A stretch of DNA of 46,674 bases, taken from Candidatus Zixiibacteriota bacterium. GTDB lineage: Bacteria > Zixibacteria > MSB-5A5 > GN15 > FEB-12. Position numbers and translations under genes: made by a program. How positions within the stretch are numbered: position 1 is the first letter of the stretch; the number at the start of each line of letters is the position of its first letter. Below, piece after piece: positions 8,000-15,946 of this stretch. The stretch is taken from assembly GCA_044227335.1 (NCBI GenBank), contig JBGAWZ010000001.1:1-46674 (forward strand), read 5' to 3'. The notes beneath the pieces were generated by a model. It did not search any database. It was given only the letters and a program-made list of their open reading frames with translations, and had not been told where the DNA came from.

Positions 8000-10579
8000 T
8001 TACCTCGCGCTTCCTACACCTCTGAAGGTGTGAAAAATCTCTATCGCCTGAACCGAGCCGGTAGCGAAATTATACGAACCAATGCCAAGTGATTGCAATG
8101 TAATAGAGAGTCCCAACCCCCAATTCGCCGATGAGACGTACTTCCCACAGTAGCCAGTCGCCAGACTGTCAAAGGCAATCGCGCTCTCTAAAGCCGTTCC
8201 CTTTTCATTCGTGATTTCTCCAAAGAGAATATCAACCCCGGCAACGGCATCCCTCGCCTGTAGATTCACCTGTAGTATCTGATCGTAGTTGAAGTCAGGA
8301 TAGAGTAATGGAGTCTTGTACGCGATGGGACAGTACGCCCCGGTCTGAACATCTTTGCCGCTTGAGTTGGCGTATTTGTAAAGAGTCGATCCGCCCTTTT
8401 TGAAAAAGTAGAGCGTTTGAGTCGGGGTCAGTCCCACTGTGTTTCCGGTATCGTAGAGACACGCCCCCCCAAACGTCATGTTGGTAAAGGTAGACCATGC
8501 CTGCGCCGCAACATCATAAACGTAGGTAGTGTCTCCAATACACCACAGGGCTTGACGTTGATCGGGAAGGTATGCCCCTACGGCTCTGGACAGAGTAGTG
8601 ACCGACATTTTCTTAAAGTTGTCGAGCTTATCGGATACCAGTCCGCTTACGAAAGTTCTCTCAAGGTTCGGGCCTTCGCTTTCGAGGACAACACCGGCCC
8701 GACTCATGTACATATCTCCACTCTCAACTTTAACATGAGAGAGAGGGGCGATCATTCCATAACCTTCTGAAAGTTCGGCGTCCCTGAAATCCAGTCTCAG
8801 GTTGTAACCCCGATCATCTTTCTTGACTCTGATCGCGTTTCGGGTCAGCCACATTCCGGTTATTTGGTGTCCGTCATTCGGATCAAAGTCGGTGTAGTTC
8901 TGTAGCGGATAATTGGCCTGAGAGTCTACAAGCTGTGACGATCTCCAAAGTCGTGATCCGTACCAACCGAGAACTTGGTTGTTGACAGTAAGACCACCAG
9001 AGAATAACCCCGGACTTGTTTGGAGTTTGAACCGCCCGTTGAGATTTGCAGAATCACACCGGATCGAATCGACCAGAGAGTCTTGACTTGTCGGGACTTG
9101 TGCGACCCTTCTGAAATTGACCGCCGAAAGAGAATCGGTCGCTATTCCGTAGATCGGCCACCATTGACCCTTGAGTGTTCGGGCCGGTTGAATGTTCGTC
9201 CATATCGTATCGTATCTTGTGCATTGCCAACCCCCGGCAGTAAAGATTTCCGCCGCGCACACCAAGAAATACTGTCTCGCATATAGGGTAAGCTCAGAGC
9301 GGTAGACGTTCATCAACAAACCAGACTCATTCGCGCCCACGCGAGGAAGTCCTATCGTGATCCGGTGGAATCCGAGCGTCGAATCTTTCCGTTTCTGTCT
9401 AACCCAAAGAGTCCTGCCGGTATCAGATTCTAAACCCGTGAAGGTATCGACTATGGCGGTAGTGTAGGCATACCCCATATTCAGGTTGTCATGGTTCCCC
9501 GCCGCGCCCGCCCACATTTGATTTGCTCCACCAGTCACCGTATCAGAGCGTATAAACGTCGGCGCACTCCATCGTCTGTTTGAAATCACAGCCAGTGAAT
9601 CTCTACCATGAACCGATCTTAATGCAGTGGGATGGAGTAAGGAACCAAGCGAGGCGTCGGCGATGTTATCCGTGTAGGTAACTGTATCTGCCGTATAGTC
9701 CGCGCCGATCTTCAAATATATCTTGGTTGTGCTGATCCGAAACAGTGAGTCATTGTCACTAAACTCCCCCGGATTCGATCTTGTCCGGGCAATGTAGCAG
9801 TAGGCGGAGTCAACAGAGGAAAGCAATGAGTCCCGCACAACCCGCCCAAAGTTGCGGAGTAGCACCTGTCCGTTGCTTACGAAAATAGGGGGAGAGAGCG
9901 TACCGGCCTCAATCGAGTAACTAACACCACTTTTGAAAGCAGTGATGAGGTAGATGGCATATCTGTATTCCCCGTTCAGATTCCCCGATGTTGTAAGAGG
10001 GATCAGCTGGGGCAGTCCCGGAGCTTGCAGGGGGATGTTTCTCGCGTAGGTTCCATCCCAAATTATTCCTGTCTGCTGTCCATTGAAAGCGTAGAGCCGG
10101 TCGTTGAACTGGAAAAACGTGGTCGGTTTCTGTACTGACCAGTTTGTTGCAATCAATCTTGCTGAATCCAGATTCGTAGACCCGTACTGAGTCGCCCACA
10201 GACAACCATATCCTTTTGAGGTTGAATCAGTCGCAAAGACCAAACAGCGTTGACCATTGGCAAGGTTTACAACTCCAATCGCAATGATCGAATCGGCTCC
10301 GCTCTTGACACTGATCGAATCGAAACCCGGTCTCTTTGACAGAGTGCGAATACCGAACTTTGACAGCACGATGTTGTTGCAGATTCGCGCATATCGGGAG
10401 TCAATATCTCCGTCACCATCAACTGTGTTCAGTCCGAGAAACCCCGATATGCGGTCGAACTTCACGGGGTTTGTCTGCGCGTGACAGGTCGAGGACAGCA
10501 GTAGAGCCACGATAAGCAGAACGCCGATGATCGCGCCAAAGAAGGTTATGAATCTGAGGAAGTTCCGCGACTCGCTCAT
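8000..10579 (-). CDS. 859-aa tail nozzle/tubular-protein-B-like candidate (beta-rich, propeller-like) with an N-terminal signal peptide
   Basis: Size and position match podovirus nozzle genes. N-terminus is MSESRNFLRFITFFGAIIGVLLIVALLLSSTCHAQT. ATGA overlap with the upstream gene. Confidence 0.45.
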   Translation of the reverse strand: MSESRNFLRFITFFGAIIGVLLIVALLLSSTCHAQTNPVKFDRISGFLGLNTVDGDGDIDSRYARICNNIVLSKFGIRTLSKRPGFDSISVKSGADSIIAIGVVNLANGQRCLVFATDSTSKGYGCLWATQYGSTNLDSARLIATNWSVQKPTTFFQFNDRLYAFNGQQTGIIWDGTYARNIPLQAPGLPQLIPLTTSGNLNGEYRYAIYLITAFKSGVSYSIEAGTLSPPIFVSNGQVLLRNFGRVVRDSLLSSVDSAYCYIARTRSNPGEFSDNDSLFRISTTKIYLKIGADYTADTVTYTDNIADASLGSLLHPTALRSVHGRDSLAVISNRRWSAPTFIRSDTVTGGANQMWAGAAGNHDNLNMGYAYTTAIVDTFTGLESDTGRTLWVRQKRKDSTLGFHRITIGLPRVGANESGLLMNVYRSELTLYARQYFLVCAAEIFTAGGWQCTRYDTIWTNIQPARTLKGQWWPIYGIATDSLSAVNFRRVAQVPTSQDSLVDSIRCDSANLNGRFKLQTSPGLFSGGLTVNNQVLGWYGSRLWRSSQLVDSQANYPLQNYTDFDPNDGHQITGMWLTRNAIRVKKDDRGYNLRLDFRDAELSEGYGMIAPLSHVKVESGDMYMSRAGVVLESEGPNLERTFVSGLVSDKLDNFKKMSVTTLSRAVGAYLPDQRQALWCIGDTTYVYDVAAQAWSTFTNMTFGGACLYDTGNTVGLTPTQTLYFFKKGGSTLYKYANSSGKDVQTGAYCPIAYKTPLLYPDFNYDQILQVNLQARDAVAGVDILFGEITNEKGTALESAIAFDSLATGYCGKYVSSANWGLGLSITLQSLGIGSYNFATGSVQAIEIFHTFRGVGSAR

Positions 10580-12504
10580 TTCTTCAACTCCTGCCCTCTG
10601 GCTCTGATCGCCGCCACTTCTCTTTCATAGAGCTTTCCGTATCCCTCAACATTCGTCCAGTTGCTCATTATGATCTCACACTTTTGACACGCTTTGTATA
10701 TGAGTAGCTGTCGGTACTCTCTCGCAATATCAGTCGAGTCAGCATCGTTCGTCATGTAGTGGCCGTTGGCGTAGTATTCCACAAGGAACGTATCGACCGC
10801 AATTTCTTTCGGGTGCGTCTGCAATCTCCGACCGAAGGTGAAATAGTATCGAGGTGAAGAGGCATCCCCCCTCTTTTGCAGGACGCCTCCCATTCCACCG
10901 GAGAGATCAAAGAGCGAATCTTCAGAGACGTATATCAAGGGAATCCTGAGCGAGTCTTTGCCCATTTTCTTGAGCGAGTGAATCCGCAGGAAATCGGCGT
11001 TAAGCGCAACCCCCTCTCCCGTACTGGTCATTATCACCGTGTCGTATTTCTCGACGGCAGGGAGTTCTCGACATATCTCCGGTACAGAGGAATTGATTGC
11101 AAACTTGGCGACTCCCAGAGTGATCTTTGCGTTACCAGTCGAGGGAAATCCAAGTTGAGCCATGACCGCCGCCGCGAGTGAGTCAAGTCGATTGGAGATA
11201 TTTGTCAGTGGCAGGGTATCGCCGCAAGCGACTTGTAAGTAGTCCGTGTCGTGAACGGATCGCAATGTACTGGCGGCGTTCTGAATCGAGTCAAGAATAA
11301 CATTGACCGTATCACGAACCTTATCAAGTAGGGTAGTGTCAAACGTGGTAGCCGCTACCGCTTTCACGCTATCACCCGAACCGCCAGCGAATCCGATATA
11401 CTTTGACGTGTCGGCGAATAGGGCCGCTTTCACCTGTGCCGCAGTCGCACCAGACCCAGAAGCCCGGAGTGTGGACGATCCATTCTGCAACGTATCAAGA
11501 ATCGCATAGGTAGAGTCTTTCGTCACGAGGGAGCGATTCAACATCGTATCGCGTTGCGCCACCGTCCACGTCGTATTGGTGTCCACCCGTAAGGACGAAT
11601 TGACATTCTGGAGTGTGTCGAGTATCTCTTGTACAACAAGTTGGAATCTGCCGGTATTGTCGTAGGTTTTCAGGGTATCGAGCAACTCCTGTACGACCAA
11701 CTGGAACCGGGTAGCATTGTCGTACGTTTGGAGCGTATCGAGTATCTCCTGAACATCCGCCTGAAATCTTCCGGCATTGTCATAGACCTGAATTGAGTCT
11801 GCCGAAATGCGGGCATAGATCACCGCGTTGTGTATCGAGTCCCTGACCCAGTTGTCGTAGAGTTGGATACTGTCAAGTATCTCTTGAGCATCGGCTTGAA
11901 ATCGACCGGCGGCATCGTAGGTTTGTAGGGTATCAAGTATTTCCTGAACGTCGGCCTGAAACCGAGTAGCGTTGTCATAGACCTGCAAAGTATCAAGAAT
12001 AGTTTGGGTTGTTGCCCCTAAGTCCTTGGCCGTCTGTGATGTTCCGGCGACAGTCTTTACCTCATCAATCAAAGTATCCGCATATATCTCCATCGAGAAT
12101 TGCGTCTGAAACGGTGCGCCGAGTCGCCATAGAGTCACAACACCGGCGATCTGTCTTGTTGTTGTTCCTGCATTTATGATCCTTGCGGTGTCACAGAATA
12201 CAAACATTGGTGCGCCAACTGTATCGGCGCGTATCCCAAGAGCCGCAAGACCTGCCGCCGTAACGGTTGTCGTGCTTGTCCCGTAAATGACCTGAGATGT
12301 CGCCGCTCCCGTATCAGCACCAGTAGTAGCCCACACCGCAATAGTCGCGCTATCGGGCCATTTGATTGCGTTGTAGACACCCGTATCCATCGCGGGGTTG
12401 AGCGGGAAGTTCACAAGGCGAAGTGCCAACTTCTTACCAAGATCAATAGCTCCCACTTGCGAGGCGATTAGCGTGACAAAAATTAGAGCAATAATCCGCT
12501 TCAT
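10576..12504 (-). CDS. 642-aa fibre-like protein: signal peptide, 20-aa tandem repeats, and a C-terminal domain paralogous to the 228-aa protein at 13271..13957
   Basis: N-terminus MKRIIALIFVTLIASQVGAID. Repeats of the ILDTLQxYDNxxRFQxxVQE type. The C-terminal ~200 aa look roughly half identical, by eye, to the 13271..13957 product. Confidence 0.55.
   Translation of the reverse strand: MKRIIALIFVTLIASQVGAIDLGKKLALRLVNFPLNPAMDTGVYNAIKWPDSATIAVWATTGADTGAATSQVIYGTSTTTVTAAGLAALGIRADTVGAPMFVFCDTARIINAGTTTRQIAGVVTLWRLGAPFQTQFSMEIYADTLIDEVKTVAGTSQTAKDLGATTQTILDTLQVYDNATRFQADVQEILDTLQTYDAAGRFQADAQEILDSIQLYDNWVRDSIHNAVIYARISADSIQVYDNAGRFQADVQEILDTLQTYDNATRFQLVVQELLDTLKTYDNTGRFQLVVQEILDTLQNVNSSLRVDTNTTWTVAQRDTMLNRSLVTKDSTYAILDTLQNGSSTLRASGSGATAAQVKAALFADTSKYIGFAGGSGDSVKAVAATTFDTTLLDKVRDTVNVILDSIQNAASTLRSVHDTDYLQVACGDTLPLTNISNRLDSLAAAVMAQLGFPSTGNAKITLGVAKFAINSSVPEICRELPAVEKYDTVIMTSTGEGVALNADFLRIHSLKKMGKDSLRIPLIYVSEDSLFDLSGGMGGVLQKRGDASSPRYYFTFGRRLQTHPKEIAVDTFLVEYYANGHYMTNDADSTDIAREYRQLLIYKACQKCEIIMSNWTNVEGYGKLYEREVAAIRARGQELKK
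11605..12006 (-). repeat. In-frame 60-nt (20-aa) tandem repeat array, about 6 units with one expanded or degenerate unit. Two more isolated ILD(T/S)(L/I)QN motifs lie downstream
   Basis: Repeated ...ILDTLQ(V/T)YDN(A/T)(T/G)RFQ(A/L)(D/V)VQE... visible in both the protein and the DNA. Confidence 0.85.
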
Positions 12505-13274
12505 TTATTTGTCCTTGAATTGGCAGTTCTTCGCGTTCGATTGTAGGTAGCCGTTGCCACAGGATAAACCGCCTTCGTGTAGACCACCTTCAGCTTCGGA
12601 CGATTCCCACTGGTCGCGTTGTCGTCGGTGTAGATTTGACACAGTTGATCCCATGTAGTGTAACTCCCATACCATGGGAAATAGAAAATGAACCCCCCAT
12701 GCGTTTTAGCTGTGTCGCCCGCATCCATTGTCTGCGCCACCGCCGTCAAATCAAACTTACCAACCGAATCCGTCCCCCAAGAAAATGTTGCCCAGTTGTA
12801 TGTGATACTGACTGTTGTGTCAATGTCGTTAGATACGTTGCGCCCACCGCTTGTGTTCCACGTTGTCAATGCTTTGTAGTTTTCCCAAGAAGCTCCCGTT
12901 TCCGTCCACTTCGTGGGCGACGTGACTCCACGCCTCACCCGCGCACACTTGAATTGACCGGTCGTAGCGCGGTCGAGCGTTCCGAGATTACTTTTCACAA
13001 TAAGCGTACACGCCTTGATGTAGAGATTTGCGCCACCATGATTTAGTGAGTCCCCAAGGGCGTCCCATCGGAATAAGAGATTAGCACTCTGAGAAGTCGG
13101 GACAGAATCATACCACCATGCAGTTGTGTTTGTACCGTAATTCGTCGTAGTCGCCGCCTGATTGATATACGTCATATCACATTCGGGGCCAGTACCAGCC
13201 CCGATAGTGAACGTCGTGTCGGCGAACACCGTGACAGCACACAGTAAGAGAACTATGAGGGCAAGGTATTTCAC
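12501..13274 (-). CDS. 257-aa signal-peptide protein with a DNRLRE-like (carbohydrate-binding-like) domain pattern
   Basis: GTG start with GTGA overlap. N-terminus MKYLALIVLLLCAVTVFADT. Motifs ...TNYG...LLFRWD...GANLYIKACTLIV...NRPKLKVVY resemble the DNRLRE domain consensus recalled from memory. Confidence 0.45.
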   Translation of the reverse strand: MKYLALIVLLLCAVTVFADTTFTIGAGTGPECDMTYINQAATTTNYGTNTTAWWYDSVPTSQSANLLFRWDALGDSLNHGGANLYIKACTLIVKSNLGTLDRATTGQFKCARVRRGVTSPTKWTETGASWENYKALTTWNTSGGRNVSNDIDTTVSITYNWATFSWGTDSVGKFDLTAVAQTMDAGDTAKTHGGFIFYFPWYGSYTTWDQLCQIYTDDNATSGNRPKLKVVYTKAVYPVATATYNRTRRTANSRTNK

Positions 13275-13957
13275 CGCTTGAGCTCCTCGCGTCGTGACAC
13301 CGGAGGCAGTCGCATTTCGTTGTACATACTATCCACCGAAAACGCAGACCTGAAATCCGATAGCTGAATGAGTGCTTTCATTCTCACCTTGAGTAACAAA
13401 GCGGGCCGGTAATCATCTGGAATCAATGTCGTATCTGAATCGGCCCCCAAGTAATTAGGCGTCGCAAAGTATTCGATCAGAAACTTGTCGGGGCTTCCCG
13501 ATTCTCTGAGTCCCTTCGGATGAGTCTGGAATCTTTTCCCAAACGTCGAATACCAGTGCGGGCTTTCGATCTTGTCCCGATCTTGTTTGACTCCCTGCAA
13601 TCCACCCGTCTTTTCAAAGAGACTGTCGGGGTTCGTTACGTCAAGCGGAATCCGTAAAGTATCTCCTATGATCCTCGAAGCTCGGTGTATTCGTAGGAAA
13701 TCAGAGTTGAGAGCCGCGCCTTCCCCTGTTTTGGAAATCAGAACCGTATCGAACTTCTCTATTGCCGGAAAGTCTCGTGACACCTCTACGGCAGATTCGT
13801 TGATAAACATATTCACGTTCGCAGTGGTCAGCTTTCCATTTGTAGACGGTAATCCGAGAGCTGTATATGTATACGCTCTCAGTGAATCCCTACGGGGGGA
13901 GATCGCCCAAGAGGATTGAGCGAGAATGAGTAGAAAGCATACGAGCTTTGTCACCAT
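13271..13957 (-). CDS. 228-aa signal-peptide protein, adaptor-like domain, paralog of the 642-aa protein C-terminus
   Basis: ATG 13957 (TGATG overlap). N-terminus MVTKLVCFLLILAQSSWAIS. Shared blocks are AIEKFDTV..TGEGAALNSDFLRIH..LRIPL..DSLF and FG(K/R)R(F/L)QTHPK. Confidence 0.5.
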   Translation of the reverse strand: MVTKLVCFLLILAQSSWAISPRRDSLRAYTYTALGLPSTNGKLTTANVNMFINESAVEVSRDFPAIEKFDTVLISKTGEGAALNSDFLRIHRASRIIGDTLRIPLDVTNPDSLFEKTGGLQGVKQDRDKIESPHWYSTFGKRFQTHPKGLRESGSPDKFLIEYFATPNYLGADSDTTLIPDDYRPALLLKVRMKALIQLSDFRSAFSVDSMYNEMRLPPVSRREELKR

Positions 13958-14649
13958 CAATATCCATGCAGAGAGTTCATGTTTTGGAATCGTTGCCGCG
14001 TGGATTGATCGAGGGAAGCCGGATCGGATTCCGCGTTTGAACCCTGATAGCTTGAGACCATGTTATTGAAACTGGCCTCCGCCGTTTTCGCGTAACCCGG
14101 AACAAACTTCTTGATGATATTATCGACAATCACACCCTCCCACCCTTTCGGCCACTGTTCACAACTGAGATTGTTCTTTCGATACCGATAGCGGATTGTA
14201 TCGCCAGAAGAGATCGGAGACCCGGCAAGCTCTACGACGGGCTTGTCATTCTGTCTGGCAGTTCTAATCCAATACTTCACAACCGTCAGTAATGACCTGT
14301 CGGGATAGAGCGAGTCAAGTGTGGTATCATCTATTGAATTAAGTAGCTTGAGGGTCGCGCCATATCGAATGTTGATGATGTCCCTTGCGTCCTGTTTCTT
14401 CCCTTCAAGTTTGTACTCGGACACATTCGCCAGAGACCCACCGGGGAAATCCGTCACGTCGCAAGTGAAATCAAAATCTTGGTGAGCACACTCATCCACG
14501 CTAATATCCACCTCTAACTCTACCGCCTTTTGAAGGTCAGCGATAGGATAGTCCTCTTGCACCAAGGCGTTACCAACAACCGCTACTCTTTTAAGTCCGC
14601 GTATTGCGGGTTTAGACATCACAAGAGCGACGAAATCCGCTTTTGTCAC
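13957..14649 (-). CDS. 230-aa head-tail adaptor-like candidate (no signal peptide)
   Basis: GTG start with GTGA overlap. Lies downstream of the capsid genes. Loose pattern resemblance to the 13271..13957 domain. Confidence 0.35.
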   Translation of the reverse strand: MTKADFVALVMSKPAIRGLKRVAVVGNALVQEDYPIADLQKAVELEVDISVDECAHQDFDFTCDVTDFPGGSLANVSEYKLEGKKQDARDIINIRYGATLKLLNSIDDTTLDSLYPDRSLLTVVKYWIRTARQNDKPVVELAGSPISSGDTIRYRYRKNNLSCEQWPKGWEGVIVDNIIKKFVPGYAKTAEASFNNMVSSYQGSNAESDPASLDQSTRQRFQNMNSLHGY

Positions 14650-15035
14650 GCCGTTTTAACTCCGAGTGAAACCAGCGAATCACCCTGAACTTGGAACATC
14701 TCTCCTTCGATGGTTTCGCTCTTGAACGTCTTGACGCTCTTTTTAGCATTGTGAATAGCTGTCAATGAACGGGCTTCTGCCATGCTCTTACAGGGGATCG
14801 CAATCCCGTTCTTGAAAGCATCTGAGTTCTCAACGTGGGCGATTTGTTTCGGGTCGCTCAGAACCATGACGTGCTCACTCGCCCGGAGTGGGACTTCATT
14901 GCGCTGAATATGCCCGCTTTGATACCGAGATTCTTCCACGAGATTAGCGATTTGGTAACCAGCCGCAGGGAACCAGAAAATCTTCTCTCCTGTCTTTAGT
15001 TCCGGGTCTTTCTCTTTGTTCTTGTCGTCAGCCAT
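14646..15035 (-). CDS. 129-aa hypothetical virion-module protein
   Basis: ORF track, strong SD (AAAGGAGAG) before the ATG. Confidence 0.5.
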   Translation of the reverse strand: MADDKNKEKDPELKTGEKIFWFPAAGYQIANLVEESRYQSGHIQRNEVPLRASEHVMVLSDPKQIAHVENSDAFKNGIAIPCKSMAEARSLTAIHNAKKSVKTFKSETIEGEMFQVQGDSLVSLGVKTA

Positions 15036-15050
15036 AAACTCTCCTTTAGT

Positions 15051-15078
15051 TTCGGAGGGGCTGTTACACTCCTCCGAA
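15051..15078 (-). promoter_or_regulatory. Intergenic RNA hairpin (8-bp stem TTCGGAGG/CCTCCGAA, 12-nt loop) 16 nt upstream of the 129-aa gene start
   Basis: Perfect inverted repeat in the 48-nt gap after the 283-aa gene. No U-tract follows. Confidence 0.5.
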
Positions 15079-15083
15079 TTGTT

Positions 15084-15935
15084 TTAGGTAGTGCGACCGT
15101 CGCAACCAATGAAGTTTGCGCCGCGTACATCACCGCCAGTTAGATGCTTGCTGGTTCCATTGCACACGATAGCCGCCGCCGTTGTGGCATTGTCTACGTT
15201 GTCGAATTTCACAACAAGCCGATGACCGAGCATCGCCTTAACGAAAATGCTCTGAGGTGTCGGGGTGTCACCATGAGCTTCCTTCGTCGCGGAAACAAAA
15301 ACATCTGAGTAGACCAAAGTGGCCGTGTTATCGACCGGATTGACCGAATAGACCTTTGTGGTTCCGGCGTTGGTCGCCGTGATAGTGAGTTCGATATAGT
15401 CAAGAGAGTTCTCGACTATCCCCGCACCGGGATTGCCAATCGCGTGATTGAAAGTCCGGCCATTATACTTCCCGGCCCAACCCGTTGAAGGGCGGGCATA
15501 GAAGCGTTCGTTTGTAATCGAAAAACCAGTGTCGAGTAACACCGCCTGATCGATCAACATAGTATAGCCGTCGGCAGTGCGGATGTCCGCTCCGGTCACG
15601 GCGGCTAAGGTATTGTCAGTCGATTCAGACGGCAGGACGCCGACAAGGTAGCATCGCAGATACGGATCGGCGTTAATTTCCGCTTCCAGTTCGCCGAAGG
15701 TGTCCCTTGCGGCGGCGGGAGTCGAAAGGTCAGCCGTGTAGTACGATGTGGTGGCACCGTCAACGTCATCCGCGTAAATGGTAATATCTCCACCAGCCGC
15801 GACTGTTATTTTTGCAAACAGTTTCGGGCCGATGTACTGAATTACCATCGCCGGGAAATTAGTGACGGTCGTAAGATTGAAACTCTTTTGGAGTTTCAGA
15901 GCTTCGCCAGTTTGGAGTTCACGATCAGAAGCCAT
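15084..15935 (-). CDS. 283-aa probable capsid-associated protein (decoration/auxiliary candidate)
   Basis: Immediately follows the capsid gene. Consensus SD TAAGGAGG overlaps the capsid stop. Confidence 0.4.
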   Translation of the reverse strand: MASDRELQTGEALKLQKSFNLTTVTNFPAMVIQYIGPKLFAKITVAAGGDITIYADDVDGATTSYYTADLSTPAAARDTFGELEAEINADPYLRCYLVGVLPSESTDNTLAAVTGADIRTADGYTMLIDQAVLLDTGFSITNERFYARPSTGWAGKYNGRTFNHAIGNPGAGIVENSLDYIELTITATNAGTTKVYSVNPVDNTATLVYSDVFVSATKEAHGDTPTPQSIFVKAMLGHRLVVKFDNVDNATTAAAIVCNGTSKHLTGGDVRGANFIGCDGRTT

Positions 15936-15946
15936 CTGAAACCTCC

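Noticed and set aside
11605-12006. Possible CRISPR-like or DGR-like repeat array
   Set aside because: The repeats are contiguous with no spacers, in frame, and conserved at the protein level inside a long ORF. No cas genes, reverse transcriptase or template/variable repeat pair exist in the genome.
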